From NCBI GenBank assembly GCA_945860085.1, contig CAMAPJ010000002.1:30520-94519 (forward strand): a DNA stretch of 64,000 nt, written 5' to 3'. The notes below the pieces were generated by a model, which was not told the origin of the DNA, ran no database searches, and saw only the letters and a program-made list of their open reading frames with translations. Numbering within the stretch: position 1 is the first letter of the stretch; every line of letters begins with the position of its first letter. This DNA is from Synechococcus sp. UW140 (GTDB lineage Bacteria; Cyanobacteriota; Cyanobacteriia; PCC-6307; Cyanobiaceae). Shown here piece by piece: positions 8,829-18,218 of this stretch. A program made the position numbers and the translations under genes.

Positions 8829-10172
8829 TTGAATCGCCTTGAGCTGCTCTGGAGCGAGTCTTTTTTTGCCGGCTCCCTGGCCCAGTTGATCGCCCGACTC
8901 ACGGGCCTTCCGGCGGTGGTGCTTTTACTTGGCGTTGGCCTTGTGATCGGACGGGCCGGGTTCAACCTGGTCCAGCCAGAAACCCTGGGGCGGGGCCTCG
9001 AACCCCTGGTGGGTCTGCTGGTCAGCCTGGTGCTGTTCGATGGCGGCTTGAATCTGCGCCTGGCCGGCCGCGACCTCCAGCGCACCGTCGTGCAGCTGGT
9101 GGTCGTGCGAGGCATCTTGGGGTTACTGGGCGGCGCCTGGCTGGCCCACCAGCTGGCTGGACTGGCCTGGCCCCTGGCCTGGGTGTTCGCGGCCATTTCC
9201 CTGGCTACAGGTCCGACCGTGGTGACACCCATGGTGCAGCAAATGCGCCTGCTCCCCGGCCTGGGCCAGATCCTGCAGGCCGAAGGGCTGATTTTGGAGC
9301 CGGTGGGCGCCGTTCTGGCCCTGTTGCTGCTGCAGCTGGCCCTGGGTGACCTGGCCGGCTGGGCCGATGTGGTCTCCCTGCTCGGCCTGCGGGTCGGGGG
9401 CGGTGTAGCGATCGGCGCCGCCGGCGGCTTGCTGCTCAGCCTGGTGCTGGAACACCTCCCCAGGGGATCTGGCACGGAGCAGGAGGACCCCCTGCCCCTG
9501 CAACTAATCCTTGGCGCCCTGTTCCTGCTGGTGAGTGGCACCGAATGGCTGTTGCCGGAAGCAGGGTTTCCCGCGGCCGTGGCGGCGGGGGTCGTGGTGG
9601 GCCTGAGGCTGGATAAGGAGGCTAGCCAGCTGGATGAACTGATCGCCCAACTAGCCCAGCTGGCCATCACCGTGCTGTTCCCGCTGCTGGCCGCCGACCT
9701 GTCCTGGGGGGAACTGAGCCCCCTTGGCCTGGGCGGCGTGGGCTGCGTGCTGGCGTTGATGCTCTATCGCTGGCTGGTGATCCAGCTGGGTTCGATCGGC
9801 CTGCCAAGCCTGGGCTGGAGCGAGAAACTGATTCTCAGCTGGATCGCCCCGCGCGGCATCGTCACCGCCGCCGTGGCCAGTCTGTTTGCCCTGCAACTGG
9901 AGGCTGCTGGGGTGGAGGGCGCTTCGGCACTCAAGGGCCTGGTGTTCTTAATGATCCTGCTCACCGTGGGCCTGCAGGGCTTCACGGCGCCCAGCCTGGC
10001 CCGCCGCCTGGGACTGGTGGTGACCGCTGAGCCCAGTGGGCCCGAAACCTTCGTCAGTGCCATCAACGAGCCGGGGCTCCTTGCAGGAGCCCCGGCAGCC
10101 CAGGGTTCTCCTGATCCAATCGAGCCAGCTCCAAGCCAAACAGATCCGACCGACAGCGGCACCTCGACTTGA
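8829..10172 (+). CDS. Na+/H+ (cation:proton) antiporter, CPA1/NhaP-like
   Basis: ORF open from 8721 but overlaps the upstream gene. An in-frame TTG at 8829 gives LNRLELLWSESFFAGSLAQLIARLTGLPAVVLLLGVGLVIGRAGF. Multi-TM protein with the typical WIAPRGIVTAAVASLFAL segment. The start is uncertain. Confidence 0.8.
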   Translation: MNRLELLWSESFFAGSLAQLIARLTGLPAVVLLLGVGLVIGRAGFNLVQPETLGRGLEPLVGLLVSLVLFDGGLNLRLAGRDLQRTVVQLVVVRGILGLLGGAWLAHQLAGLAWPLAWVFAAISLATGPTVVTPMVQQMRLLPGLGQILQAEGLILEPVGAVLALLLLQLALGDLAGWADVVSLLGLRVGGGVAIGAAGGLLLSLVLEHLPRGSGTEQEDPLPLQLILGALFLLVSGTEWLLPEAGFPAAVAAGVVVGLRLDKEASQLDELIAQLAQLAITVLFPLLAADLSWGELSPLGLGGVGCVLALMLYRWLVIQLGSIGLPSLGWSEKLILSWIAPRGIVTAAVASLFALQLEAAGVEGASALKGLVFLMILLTVGLQGFTAPSLARRLGLVVTAEPSGPETFVSAINEPGLLAGAPAAQGSPDPIEPAPSQTDPTDSGTST

Positions 10173-10275
10173 GCGCTGCAGGGATCAGCCCCCAGGTCTG
10201 ATGGCCACCCAACGACCTTGGGGAGAAGGAGGCTGCTGGACCCTGCCAGCCCCATCTCCCCCAAGCTCCGGCCGA

Positions 10276-11742
10276 TCAGAGACTGCGGCGGATGCGTTCG
10301 GCGGCCTCGCCACTGGGCTGGAGTAGGAGCCAGGTGCTGAGCAGGTCGGGGCCCTGGAGACTGCCAAGTAGGGCAGCTCGCAGGGTTTTCATCAACACAC
10401 CTTTTTTGACTCCGACCGCCGCCACCGCCTCGCCCAAGAGGGCTTGGGCCTGGTCAACCGTGAGCGGGCCTTCGCCAAGGCGCTCTAAAAGGGCCTGCAG
10501 TGCTTCGCGGGCACCCGCACTCTCGAGTTGGCCAAGGGCGGCTTCGCCGAGCTCGGGCCGACTGAAGAAGGGCCGGGCCTGCTCGATGCCATCGCGAAGG
10601 GTGACCAGCGAGGGCCCGATCAGGGCGCAGAGCGACTCCAAAGCGGCCTGGTCTGGGCCGGCTGCACCCAAGCAGCCACCGCTGGCCGGATCCAGCCAGC
10701 CCTCGGCCAGCCAGAGGGGCTGCAAGGCTGCTAGCAGGTCCGCAGGGTTCAAGTCATGGAGCACCTGGCTGTTCAGCCAGTTGAGCTTGTCCCAGTCAAA
10801 GCGGGCTCCCGCTTTGTTGACCCGATCAAAATCGAAGACGGCGGCGGCCTCCGCCAGGTGGAAGCGCTCGCCCATGCCCTCCGGCGGCGACCAGCCAAGC
10901 AGGGTCATGTAATTGGCCAGGGCTGCGGCGGTATAGCCCTGGGCGCGGAAATCGCTCACGGAGGTGACGCCATCGCGCTTGGACAGCTTTTTGCCTTCCT
11001 TGTTGAGGATCAGCGGCGTATGGGCGAACACCGGCAGCGATAGGCCTAGGGCCTCGTAGAGCAGGATTTGTTTGGCCGTGTTGGCGATGTGGTCTTCGCC
11101 GCGAATCACGTGGCTGATCGCCATGGCGGCGTCATCAACAACGACCACCAGGTTGTAGAGGGGATCGCCGATCTGATCAGCCGGGGCCCGCCGAGCGATC
11201 ACCATGTCGCCGCCGAGGTCAGCGCCGGCCCAGCGCATCTCCCCCCGCACCAAATCGTGCCAGCCGATGCTGGCACGATCCTCAATACGAAACCGCACCG
11301 TGGCCTCACGACCCTCGGCGAGGTAAGCCTGCTGCTGGGCGGCGCTCAGGTCCCGATGACGGTTGTCGTAGCGGGGGGGCTTGTTTTCCGCCGCCTGGCG
11401 GTCGCGCATCTCCTGCAACTCTGCCTCGCTGGCGAAGCAGCGGTAGGCATGACCTGAAGCCAGCAGCTGGCCAATGGCGGCGCGATGGGCCTCAATGCGC
11501 TCGCTCTGGACCACCGGCTCCCCGTCCCAGGCCAACCCCAGCCATTGCAGACCTTCGAGGATGTTGGCCGTGAATTCAGGCTTGCTGCGCTCCCTGTCGG
11601 TGTCCTCGATACGCAGCAAAAACTGACCGCCATGGCGTTTGGCATACAGCCAGTTAAATACCGCCGTACGGGCGGTGCCGATGTGCAGGGTGCCGGTGGG
11701 GCTAGGAGCCAGACGGACACGAACTGAACCCGTGTTCGCCAT
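10276..11742 (-). CDS. gltX: Glutamyl-tRNA synthetase
   Basis: [24 protein letters not shown] (HIGH motif), [12 protein letters not shown], and KLSKRDG (KMSKS-type motif). Confidence 0.95.
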   Translation of the reverse strand: MANTGSVRVRLAPSPTGTLHIGTARTAVFNWLYAKRHGGQFLLRIEDTDRERSKPEFTANILEGLQWLGLAWDGEPVVQSERIEAHRAAIGQLLASGHAYRCFASEAELQEMRDRQAAENKPPRYDNRHRDLSAAQQQAYLAEGREATVRFRIEDRASIGWHDLVRGEMRWAGADLGGDMVIARRAPADQIGDPLYNLVVVVDDAAMAISHVIRGEDHIANTAKQILLYEALGLSLPVFAHTPLILNKEGKKLSKRDGVTSVSDFRAQGYTAAALANYMTLLGWSPPEGMGERFHLAEAAAVFDFDRVNKAGARFDWDKLNWLNSQVLHDLNPADLLAALQPLWLAEGWLDPASGGCLGAAGPDQAALESLCALIGPSLVTLRDGIEQARPFFSRPELGEAALGQLESAGAREALQALLERLGEGPLTVDQAQALLGEAVAAVGVKKGVLMKTLRAALLGSLQGPDLLSTWLLLQPSGEAAERIRRSL

Positions 11743-11783
11743 AGTCGTGCGACTCCTTGTTGGTTGAAATGGGTTGGTTTGAA

Positions 11784-11857
11784 CGGGACCGACGGGGCTC
11801 GAACCCGCAACTTCCGCCGTGACAGGGCGGTGCTCTAACCGATTGAACTACGGTCCC
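11784..11857 (-). tRNA. tRNA-Asp (anticodon GTC), CCA not encoded
   Basis: Reverse complement is GGGACCGTAGTTCAATCGGTTAGAGCACCGCCCTGTCACGGCGGAAGTTGCGGGTTCGAGCCCCGTCGGTCCCG. It shows a 7-bp acceptor stem, anticodon stem CCGCC/GGCGG with loop CTGTCAC, and T-loop GGTTCGAGCCC. Confidence 0.9.
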
Positions 11858-12040
11858 AGGCTGGTTTTTCAACCAACAACGTTTGGCTTACTAGCCAAAA
11901 CCACAGATCAGCCAAGGCCGGATCTGGATCGCCCGGGCAACGGTTGCCGCCCTGCGCTTTGATCAGTATCCGCTGCGACGGGCCCCTGCGTCAACCAATC
12001 GGCTGAACGAGAGGCTGCAGGCAAGCTCCTTGCGCAACCA

Positions 12041-12086
12041 TGAAAAAACCCCTAGTCGGACTCCAGTGGAGCACGATTAGGGGTTT
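12041..12086 (-). terminator. Rho-independent terminator-like hairpin downstream of the 12124-12312 gene
   Basis: The minus strand reads AAACCCCTA-(loop with inner CTCC/GGAG pairing)-TAGGGGTTT followed by TTTCA. 9-bp outer stem at 12046-12054 / 12078-12086. Confidence 0.5.
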
Positions 12087-12123
12087 AAAGACTGGGCCGC
12101 TATCGGCCCAATCAACGGATGGT

Positions 12124-12312
12124 TCAGGGACGGAAGCCGGCCGGTTCAATCAGGCGAACCTGATTGCCCCTGGCCGTGAATTCGCGACCCTGGTCGCTCT
12201 GGACAACGACTCGACCACCAGATTTGACACGGATCACCCGAGCCCGAACCCAGCCAAGGGCTGCGGACTCGAGAACTTTGACCACATCACCAGGCTGTAG
12301 ATCCAACTCCAT
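12124..12312 (-). CDS. Small (62 aa) SH3/KOW-like hypothetical protein
   Basis: The ATG at 12312 (MELDLQPGDVVKVLESAALGWVRARVIRVKSGGRVVVQSDQGREFTARGNQVRLIE...) avoids overlap with tRNA-Trp. The gene is followed by its own terminator hairpin. Confidence 0.55.
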   Translation of the reverse strand: MELDLQPGDVVKVLESAALGWVRARVIRVKSGGRVVVQSDQGREFTARGNQVRLIEPAGFRP

Positions 12313-12348
12313 GTCCGGAACCACGAAACTGCAGGAAGGGGAATCGGA

Positions 12349-12421
12349 CGCGCCGTGGAGGACTTGAACCCCCGGCATCAGGTTTTGGAGACCTGCGTTC
12401 TACCAACTGAACTAACGGCGC
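12349..12421 (-). tRNA. tRNA-Trp (anticodon CCA), 3' CCA not encoded
   Basis: Reverse complement is GCGCCGTTAGTTCAGTTGGTAGAACGCAGGTCTCCAAAACCTGATGCCGGGGGTTCAAGTCCTCCACGGCGCG. Anticodon stem CAGGT/ACCTG with loop CTCCAAA. Confidence 0.9.
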
Positions 12422-12492
12422 AAGGCGATCCCCCCCACGGTCAAGGCCCATATCAAGTACGGACTTTGACCTGGGCAAATGAGGCGTGAGCC

Positions 12493-12978
12493 TCAGCGAT
12501 CGAAGCGCTGCTTGACACGAGTGGCCTTGCCCACCCGATCGCGCAGATAAAAGAGCTTCGCTCGACGCACCTTACCGCGTCGCTCCACCTTGATGGAAGC
12601 AACTTGGGGGCTGTGCAGCATGAAGACACGCTCCACGCCGACCCCCTGGAAAATGCGGCGCACAGTGATGGTCTCATGGAGACCGCCGTGGCGCTTAGCG
12701 ATCACAACACCCTCGTAGGGCTGGATGCGCTCCTTGTTGCCTTCACTGATGCGCACACCCACGCGGACGGTGTCGCCCACATAGATCTCCGGCAGATCGC
12801 TCTTAAGCTGATCGGCTTCGAAGGCCCGGATCAGATCCTGGGCGCTGAGTTTCCCCGTGGTGGCCTTCACAGGCTCCAGGGTTGCCACCGCAGCGGCACT
12901 GGTCTCCAAGCTGGTCTCCACCGTGGTGGTCTCCGTCTCGCTGGTCATGTCATTGATCTCGTTGGAATCCGCTGCCAT
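12493..12978 (-). CDS. rplS: 50S ribosomal protein L19 with acidic/Thr-rich N-terminal extension
   Basis: C-terminal 115 aa are canonical L19 ([35 protein letters not shown]...[15 protein letters not shown]). ATG at 12978. The ORF is open to 13011. Confidence 0.9.
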   Translation of the reverse strand: MAADSNEINDMTSETETTTVETSLETSAAAVATLEPVKATTGKLSAQDLIRAFEADQLKSDLPEIYVGDTVRVGVRISEGNKERIQPYEGVVIAKRHGGLHETITVRRIFQGVGVERVFMLHSPQVASIKVERRGKVRRAKLFYLRDRVGKATRVKQRFDR

Positions 12979-13035
12979 CCCAGCTCCGAAAGACGCCTGG
13001 CCAAACAACAAGTGTACCGCTCAGGCTGACCCTCC

Positions 13036-13359
13036 CTAGGCCGCTGATTTGGAACTGCGCTGGCCCTGGCGCCAGCGTTGCAGCAGCAAGGTTGCGCCGG
13101 AGATCAGCATCCAAAGCAGGCCCAGGCCATTGAGCAACACATAAAAGGGCTCGAGGGTCTGGCCGAGCCATTCGCCCTCGTGCAGCACCATCAGCAGGTG
13201 CACCTGATCGCGGCTGAGGCCTGCCCAATCCTTGAGCAGCCGGTAGGCCATGCCACTACAGACCGTGAGCAGCAACGGGGCCAGCACAAACGGAGCGACC
13301 GCCCCATGGAACCGGCGGAGCTGGTTGAACCTTTGGGGCGTCAGCACAGGCTGCGACAT
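13036..13359 (-). CDS. Small membrane protein, PepSY-associated-TM-like
   Basis: The ATG at 13359 (MSQPVLTPQRFNQLRRFHGAVAPFVLAPLLLTVCSG...VLHEGEWLG...LLWMLISGATL) avoids overlap with map. Two or three hydrophobic helices. Confidence 0.55.
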   Translation of the reverse strand: MSQPVLTPQRFNQLRRFHGAVAPFVLAPLLLTVCSGMAYRLLKDWAGLSRDQVHLLMVLHEGEWLGQTLEPFYVLLNGLGLLWMLISGATLLLQRWRQGQRSSKSAA

Positions 13360-13435
13360 CGCGGGTCGGAGAGCAGGGCGAACAACAGGAGACCGTTGTC
13401 CCGTTCTACCTTGACAATCGGCCCTGGTCCTTTCG

Positions 13436-14314
13436 ATGAATCTTTTTGCTGATCTGCTGGCTACCACCACCCGTCAAGCGGCCGCCAGCCCGTCAGCAGC
13501 GGAACAAGCTGCCGCAACCCAGACCGGTCCCCGCATCCAGAAGGGCCGTCGGGGGGTTGAAATCAAGTCTGCGCGGGAAATTGCCATCATGCGCAAGGCC
13601 AGCCGCATCGTGGCGACGGTCCTTAGGGAGATCACTGAACTGGCCGCTCCGGGCATGACCACCGCCGACCTGGATCGCCATGCCGAAGCGCGGATCCGGG
13701 CCATGGGCGCCACCCCCAGCTTCAAGGGCTACCACGGATTTCCGGCCAGCATTTGCGCGTCGATTAACAATGAAGTCGTCCATGGCATCCCCAGTAGCAA
13801 ACGGGTGATCCGGGCCGGCGACCTAGTCAAAATCGACACAGGCGCCTATTTCGAGGGCTACCACGGCGATAGCTGCATCAGCCTCTGCGTTGGCGAGGGG
13901 GCCAGCGAGGAGGCCGTGAAGCTCACCCGGGTGGCCCAGGAGTCCCTGATGAAGGGCCTGGCCCGGATCAAGGCGGGCAACAGCCTGCTTGATATTGCCG
14001 GCGCCGTTCAGGACCACGTTGAAGCCCATGGCTACGCGGTGGTCGAGGATTACACCGGCCATGGCGTGGGCCGCAACCTGCATGAGGAGCCCTCGGTGTT
14101 CAACTTCCGCACCCGGGACCTGCCCAACTTGACCCTGCGCGCCGGCATGACCCTGGCGGTGGAGCCAATCCTCAATGCCGGTAGCAAGTCCTGCCGCACC
14201 CTCAAGGACCGCTGGACCGTGGTGACCGAAGACGGCAGCCTCTCGGCCCAGTGGGAGCACACCATCGCCGTGACCAGCGATGGCTGCGAAATCCTCACCG
14301 ACCGCGACTTCTAA
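13436..14314 (+). CDS. map: Methionine aminopeptidase, type I
   Basis: Metal-ligand motifs [34 protein letters not shown] and QWEHTIAVT. Confidence 0.93.
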   Translation: MNLFADLLATTTRQAAASPSAAEQAAATQTGPRIQKGRRGVEIKSAREIAIMRKASRIVATVLREITELAAPGMTTADLDRHAEARIRAMGATPSFKGYHGFPASICASINNEVVHGIPSSKRVIRAGDLVKIDTGAYFEGYHGDSCISLCVGEGASEEAVKLTRVAQESLMKGLARIKAGNSLLDIAGAVQDHVEAHGYAVVEDYTGHGVGRNLHEEPSVFNFRTRDLPNLTLRAGMTLAVEPILNAGSKSCRTLKDRWTVVTEDGSLSAQWEHTIAVTSDGCEILTDRDF

Positions 14315-15120
14315 GCCGGCGGGCCAGCTGGCTGAGTCCCTTCTGGATGAGGGCTTACTGGAGGCTGGCCGCGTCGGCTGAACAGCCCCATGTACGTCCA
14401 GCGACCCAGCAGCACCATCGGCATCAGGGCATAGGTGAGGGGGTTGGGACTGACAATGATGAGACCCAGGTTCCAACTGGCAAACACCAACACGGCTCGG
14501 GCCACGAAGCCAGCCCCCAGCAGCCCGATCGGGTTAAGGTCGGAGCGGAAGGGCCCCAGCACAAGCCGGCGGATGCGCAGCTCGGGACCGGCCAAATCCA
14601 GGGCCCGCAGGCTGAGCAGCTGGCCCAGCAGCCGCTTACTGATCTCATATAGGGGGCTCACAGCAGGCAGGATTTCGGCCTCGGAGGTATTGATCCAAAC
14701 CTCCCGGCGCAACCTCTTGCCGGTGCCCCGCTTTATAGAACTGTGGCCTGCCTGAGGCGCGGCGGCGAAGAGTTCAAGCAAGCGCAGGCTGCTGAGGGCA
14801 TTCACCTCCAAGGAGCGCTCCATCGCGGCCCCACTGCGATCGGCATGGGTATTAACCCCGTGGTTGATCACCAGGATGTCGATCTCACTGAGCAGCTCGC
14901 TGAGCTCGGCTTCCTGGCCGCAGCGCCAGCGGCACTGCTCCAGCGCGATGGGAGCCCCCGCCGCTGAGGTCAGCTGCAAGGGCTCGGCCCTGGTGGTGAG
15001 CGCCACCAAGCTGGCGCCGCAGCCATGAAAGGCCCGTAACAACTCCACCCCCAGGCTGCCGCCAGCGCCGGTGATGGCAACGCGTCGGCCCGCAAACGGA
15101 CTGCTAAAACCTGGTCCCAT
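14311..15120 (-). CDS. Short-chain dehydrogenase/reductase-family protein with C-terminal membrane segment
   Basis: [11 protein letters not shown] Rossmann motif, ILVINHGV, and hydrophobic C-terminus ([35 protein letters not shown]). ATG at 15120. The ORF is open to 15216. Confidence 0.7.
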   Translation of the reverse strand: MGPGFSSPFAGRRVAITGAGGSLGVELLRAFHGCGASLVALTTRAEPLQLTSAAGAPIALEQCRWRCGQEAELSELLSEIDILVINHGVNTHADRSGAAMERSLEVNALSSLRLLELFAAAPQAGHSSIKRGTGKRLRREVWINTSEAEILPAVSPLYEISKRLLGQLLSLRALDLAGPELRIRRLVLGPFRSDLNPIGLLGAGFVARAVLVFASWNLGLIIVSPNPLTYALMPMVLLGRWTYMGLFSRRGQPPVSPHPEGTQPAGPPA

Positions 15121-15184
15121 CGGACTGCGCAGCTGGGAAAGCCCCAGGATGCGCCATCCTGGGGCCAAGAGACATATCGACCCA

Positions 15185-15781
15185 ATGGAGACGGTTCTCA
15201 AGGATCGCGAAGCCATGGTCGCCCTCTATGCCCCTTATTGCGAGGGAGGCGACCAGCCCCAGTTGCTGGACCAGGCCCTCGACAAACTTGTTACCAACCG
15301 GCTCGACGGCAGTCGTCGGCTCAAACCCGATGGCAGTCACCTGTTTGAGCTCACCTGGCAACCCGGTGAGTCGCCCCAGGAGCCAAGCCACTGTCAGCTG
15401 AGTTTTCCCGAGGTCCCGGCGGTGAGCTACAGCTTTTCTGTGCCCACGGCCCAATTGGTGCTTTGGCTGATGCAGACCCTGGAATCCCAGGCCAGCCCCA
15501 GTCAACAGTCGCCCGCGAGGGCGCTCCCTACGCCGGACACCGTCCCAGCAGCCAGGCCTCCGGCCCTGCTGTTCCCAGCCCCACCCCTGCCGGCTCCCGG
15601 CCTGGGCCTGCCACCCCCTGGCCGGCCCGGTCTCGCCATGCCGCCGCCGCCCCTGCCCTTTCGCACCCCTCTCCAGCCAGCCAGCCTGGCGGCCAAGGGC
15701 GCGGTCCAGGCCGAAGGGCCCGCCGATCTGCCGGAAAGCTTCTGGCGCTGGTTGCTCGTGGGCGACATCCCGTCGGTTTGA
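15185..15781 (+). CDS. Hypothetical protein with proline-rich C-terminal half
   Basis: The ATG at 15185 gives METVLKDREAMVALYAPYCEGGDQPQLLDQALDKLVTNRL.... The C-terminal half is PAARPPALLFPAPPLPAPGLGLPPPGRPGLAMPPPPLPF. No recognisable family. Confidence 0.4.
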   Translation: METVLKDREAMVALYAPYCEGGDQPQLLDQALDKLVTNRLDGSRRLKPDGSHLFELTWQPGESPQEPSHCQLSFPEVPAVSYSFSVPTAQLVLWLMQTLESQASPSQQSPARALPTPDTVPAARPPALLFPAPPLPAPGLGLPPPGRPGLAMPPPPLPFRTPLQPASLAAKGAVQAEGPADLPESFWRWLLVGDIPSV

Positions 15782-15826
15782 TCCGCCTAGATTCTCGCCA
15801 CCGCAGCCGCGCCCGGGGCAACCGCC

Positions 15827-17050
15827 ATGCCGTCGACCAGGGTTTCCCCCTCCGCCTCGCCTGAAGCCGGCCCAGGATCTGTCTTGCTGGTCGGCTCCTG
15901 TGAACCCTTCAGCGGCAAATCAGCCCTGGTGCTTGGCCTGGCCCGTCACCTGATCAAAAAAGGCGTCCAGATCCGGTTCGGCAAACCCCTGGGCACCAGC
16001 GATGAGGCCGAGCGCCGGGCCTCCGGCGCGGAATCGGATCGAAGCAGCAGCCCTGGCTCCCTGCTCACAGAATTGTCTGGACCCAGCGCCACGCCCGAGG
16101 AAGCGGGGCCCGATGGATTGGTGCTGGATGCGGATGTGCGTTTCGTGGGCGAGATGCTGGCCCTCAGCCCCGAGCAGCTGCTGCCCTCCCTGCACCTGTC
16201 CGATCCGACCACGGCCCGGCAACGGCTACTCACAGGCGAGCTGGACGCTGGCCTGGGCCTGGCCAGGCTTCAGGCCCAGCTGGGCGCCGGTATGGACCAG
16301 ATCACCTTGCTGGAAGCGGCGGGCAGCCTGTCGGAAGGCCTGCTCTATGGGCTGAGCCTGCCCCAGCTGGCCCACCAGCTCCAGGCGCCAGTCGTGTTGG
16401 TGCACCCTTGGAATGATGCCCGCAGCGTTGATCCCTTGCTGGATGCCTTTGGCCAGCTCGGTCCCCTGCTGGCCGGGGTGGTGCTCAACAGGGTCGCCCC
16501 CGAGGCCGTCGCCGGCCTACTTGCGGCCGAGGTGCCCGCCCTTGAGCAGCTCGGGATCCCCGTGCTGGGGGTGATGCCCCGCAGCCCGCTGCTGCGCAGC
16601 GTCACGGTCGAGGAGCTGGCCCGGCGCCTCGAGGCCCGGGTGCTCTGTTGCCGGGAGCGGCTCGATCTGCTCGTTGAAACCTTGAGCATCGGGGCCATGA
16701 ATGTCAACTCGGCCATGGAGTTCTTCCGGCGCCGCCGCAATATGGCTGTGGTCACAGGAGCCGACCGCACCGACATCCAATTGGCGGCCCTTGAGGCCTC
16801 CACCCAGTGCCTGATCCTCACCGGCGCCGGCGAACCCCTGCCCCAGCTGATCTCCCGCGCCGAGGAGCTCGACGTGCCCCTGCTCAAGGTCGACCACGAC
16901 ACCCTGACCACGGTCGAAGTGATTGAACGGACATTCGGCCATGTGCGGCTGAACGAATCGGTGAAGGCCACCTACGCCTTCCGACTGGTGGAGGAACACT
17001 GTCAGTTCGATCGCCTCGATGCCCGCCTGCGCTTGCCGGTTCCGGCTTGA
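15827..17050 (+). CDS. Phosphotransacetylase-N-terminal-like protein (BioD/CobQ-like P-loop plus DRTGG domain), no Pta catalytic domain
   Basis: N-terminal LLVGSCEPFSGKSALVLGLARHL, and C-terminal VVTGADRTDIQLAALEASTQCLILTGAGEPLPQLISRAEELDVPLLKVDHDTLTT (DRTGG-type). Confidence 0.7.
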   Translation: MPSTRVSPSASPEAGPGSVLLVGSCEPFSGKSALVLGLARHLIKKGVQIRFGKPLGTSDEAERRASGAESDRSSSPGSLLTELSGPSATPEEAGPDGLVLDADVRFVGEMLALSPEQLLPSLHLSDPTTARQRLLTGELDAGLGLARLQAQLGAGMDQITLLEAAGSLSEGLLYGLSLPQLAHQLQAPVVLVHPWNDARSVDPLLDAFGQLGPLLAGVVLNRVAPEAVAGLLAAEVPALEQLGIPVLGVMPRSPLLRSVTVEELARRLEARVLCCRERLDLLVETLSIGAMNVNSAMEFFRRRRNMAVVTGADRTDIQLAALEASTQCLILTGAGEPLPQLISRAEELDVPLLKVDHDTLTTVEVIERTFGHVRLNESVKATYAFRLVEEHCQFDRLDARLRLPVPA

Positions 17051-17116
17051 AGCGAGCCTGTTTTTTGCAGCATCTCGACGTAACACTGCTAGTTTCAGTT
17101 TGCAATTAGAAGGCGA

Positions 17117-17632
17117 TTGGTGACCCGGTCCCTAGATCTCCCCGCCTTGGACCGCATCGACACCCTGGCTCAGGAGTTGGCCTTGCTCCAGGACCGGGGC
17201 AAGCGGCGCATTGCGATCCTGGGCAGCCGCCATGTGCCGGTGGTGTCGGTGCACTTGGTGGAGCTGGTGGCCCGTTCCCTCGCCCAGGAGGGTCACAGCC
17301 TGGTCACTTCCGGCGCCCTGGGCGTCAATTCTGCTGTGATTCGCAGCGTGCTGGATGTGGATCCCGCTCGCCTAACCGTGTTGCTACCCCAGAGCCTCGA
17401 TCGCCAGCCCAGCGAATCCCGGGAACAACTGGAGCGGGTGCTGAACCTTGTCGAAAAACCGGAACACGACGAGTTGCCCTTGCCGATGGCCAGCAGCCTC
17501 TGCAACCAGGAGATCATCAGCCGCTGTGATCAGCTGATCTGCTACGCCTTCCACGACAGCGAAACCCTTCTGGCCAGTTGCCGCATCGCTGAAGACATGG
17601 GCAAGGTCGTCAGCTTGATGTTTTTCGACTGA
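17117..17632 (+). CDS. Stand-alone DprA/Smf-like Rossmann (SLOG-type) domain protein
   Basis: RRIAILGSRHVPVVSVHLVELVARSLAQEGHSLVTSGALGVNSAVIRSVL..LTVLLPQSL follows the DprA Rossmann-domain pattern. Only 171 aa. TTG at 17117, GTG at 17120. Confidence 0.6.
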   Translation: MVTRSLDLPALDRIDTLAQELALLQDRGKRRIAILGSRHVPVVSVHLVELVARSLAQEGHSLVTSGALGVNSAVIRSVLDVDPARLTVLLPQSLDRQPSESREQLERVLNLVEKPEHDELPLPMASSLCNQEIISRCDQLICYAFHDSETLLASCRIAEDMGKVVSLMFFD

Positions 17633-17673
17633 AAGCCCGGGCTTCTTGGGTTCAGCGCCCTGGCGCTCCACGT

Positions 17674-18138
17674 TCAGCGCCCTAGCGCTCCATTGTCTGG
17701 TCCCTCGCGGGCCAGCACCTGCAAGCGGGTGCCCTCCCGGCCCATGACCGTTACTCGGCTGCCTATCGCCAGCTGCCGCGCCGGATCGAGATTGAGCGCA
17801 GCCCAGCTCTGGCCCTGCCAGCGAACCCGGCCCAAACCCTCTGCATCAAAGGCGGCAATCACGTCGGCCTGCTCGGCCGAGGCCGCCGGCGCGATGGCCC
17901 CGGTGCCCTGGCGCAAAGACCAGCGCCGCAGGAGCGCGTAACCGCAACCAGTCAGAACGGCCCCCAGCAGCAGTTGGCCCAGTGGCGGGAAGGCAGGCGC
18001 CAGGCTAGTGACAAGCACCAGCAGCAGCCCGCAGACCCCTAGGACCATCAGCAGGCCGTCGCTGTCGGCACCGAGCAACACCAGGGCTAGGGCCAGGGCT
18101 GAAAGGAGCAGCCAGAGCAGGGGAGGCGCGAAAGCCAT
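17674..18138 (-). CDS. NfeD-family membrane protein
   Basis: Hydrophobic N-terminal half plus a C-terminal OB-like tail (RVRWQGQSWAALNLDPARQLAIGSRVTVMGREGTRLQVL). ATG at 18138. Adjacent to an SPFH gene. Confidence 0.7.
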   Translation of the reverse strand: MAFAPPLLWLLLSALALALVLLGADSDGLLMVLGVCGLLLVLVTSLAPAFPPLGQLLLGAVLTGCGYALLRRWSLRQGTGAIAPAASAEQADVIAAFDAEGLGRVRWQGQSWAALNLDPARQLAIGSRVTVMGREGTRLQVLAREGPDNGALGR

Positions 18139-18218
18139 GGGGGATGCGGCGAGATGGGTGAAACAAACCCACCCGATGCCGTCACTTTGCCTAGGTTTCA
18201 ACCAGTTGCCGTCTTGCC

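Noticed and set aside
8558-9670. 370-aa minus-strand ORF
   Set aside because: It is fully antisense to the Na+/H+ antiporter gene. Its composition is Arg/Ser/Pro/Thr-dominated (RPTTTPAATAAGNPASGNS...), the typical high-GC antisense artefact.
11784-12421. tRNA-Asp and tRNA-Trp as integration sites of a genomic island
   Set aside because: There is no integrase and no duplicated tRNA 3' fragment nearby. The flanking genes (gltX, rplS) are core housekeeping genes.
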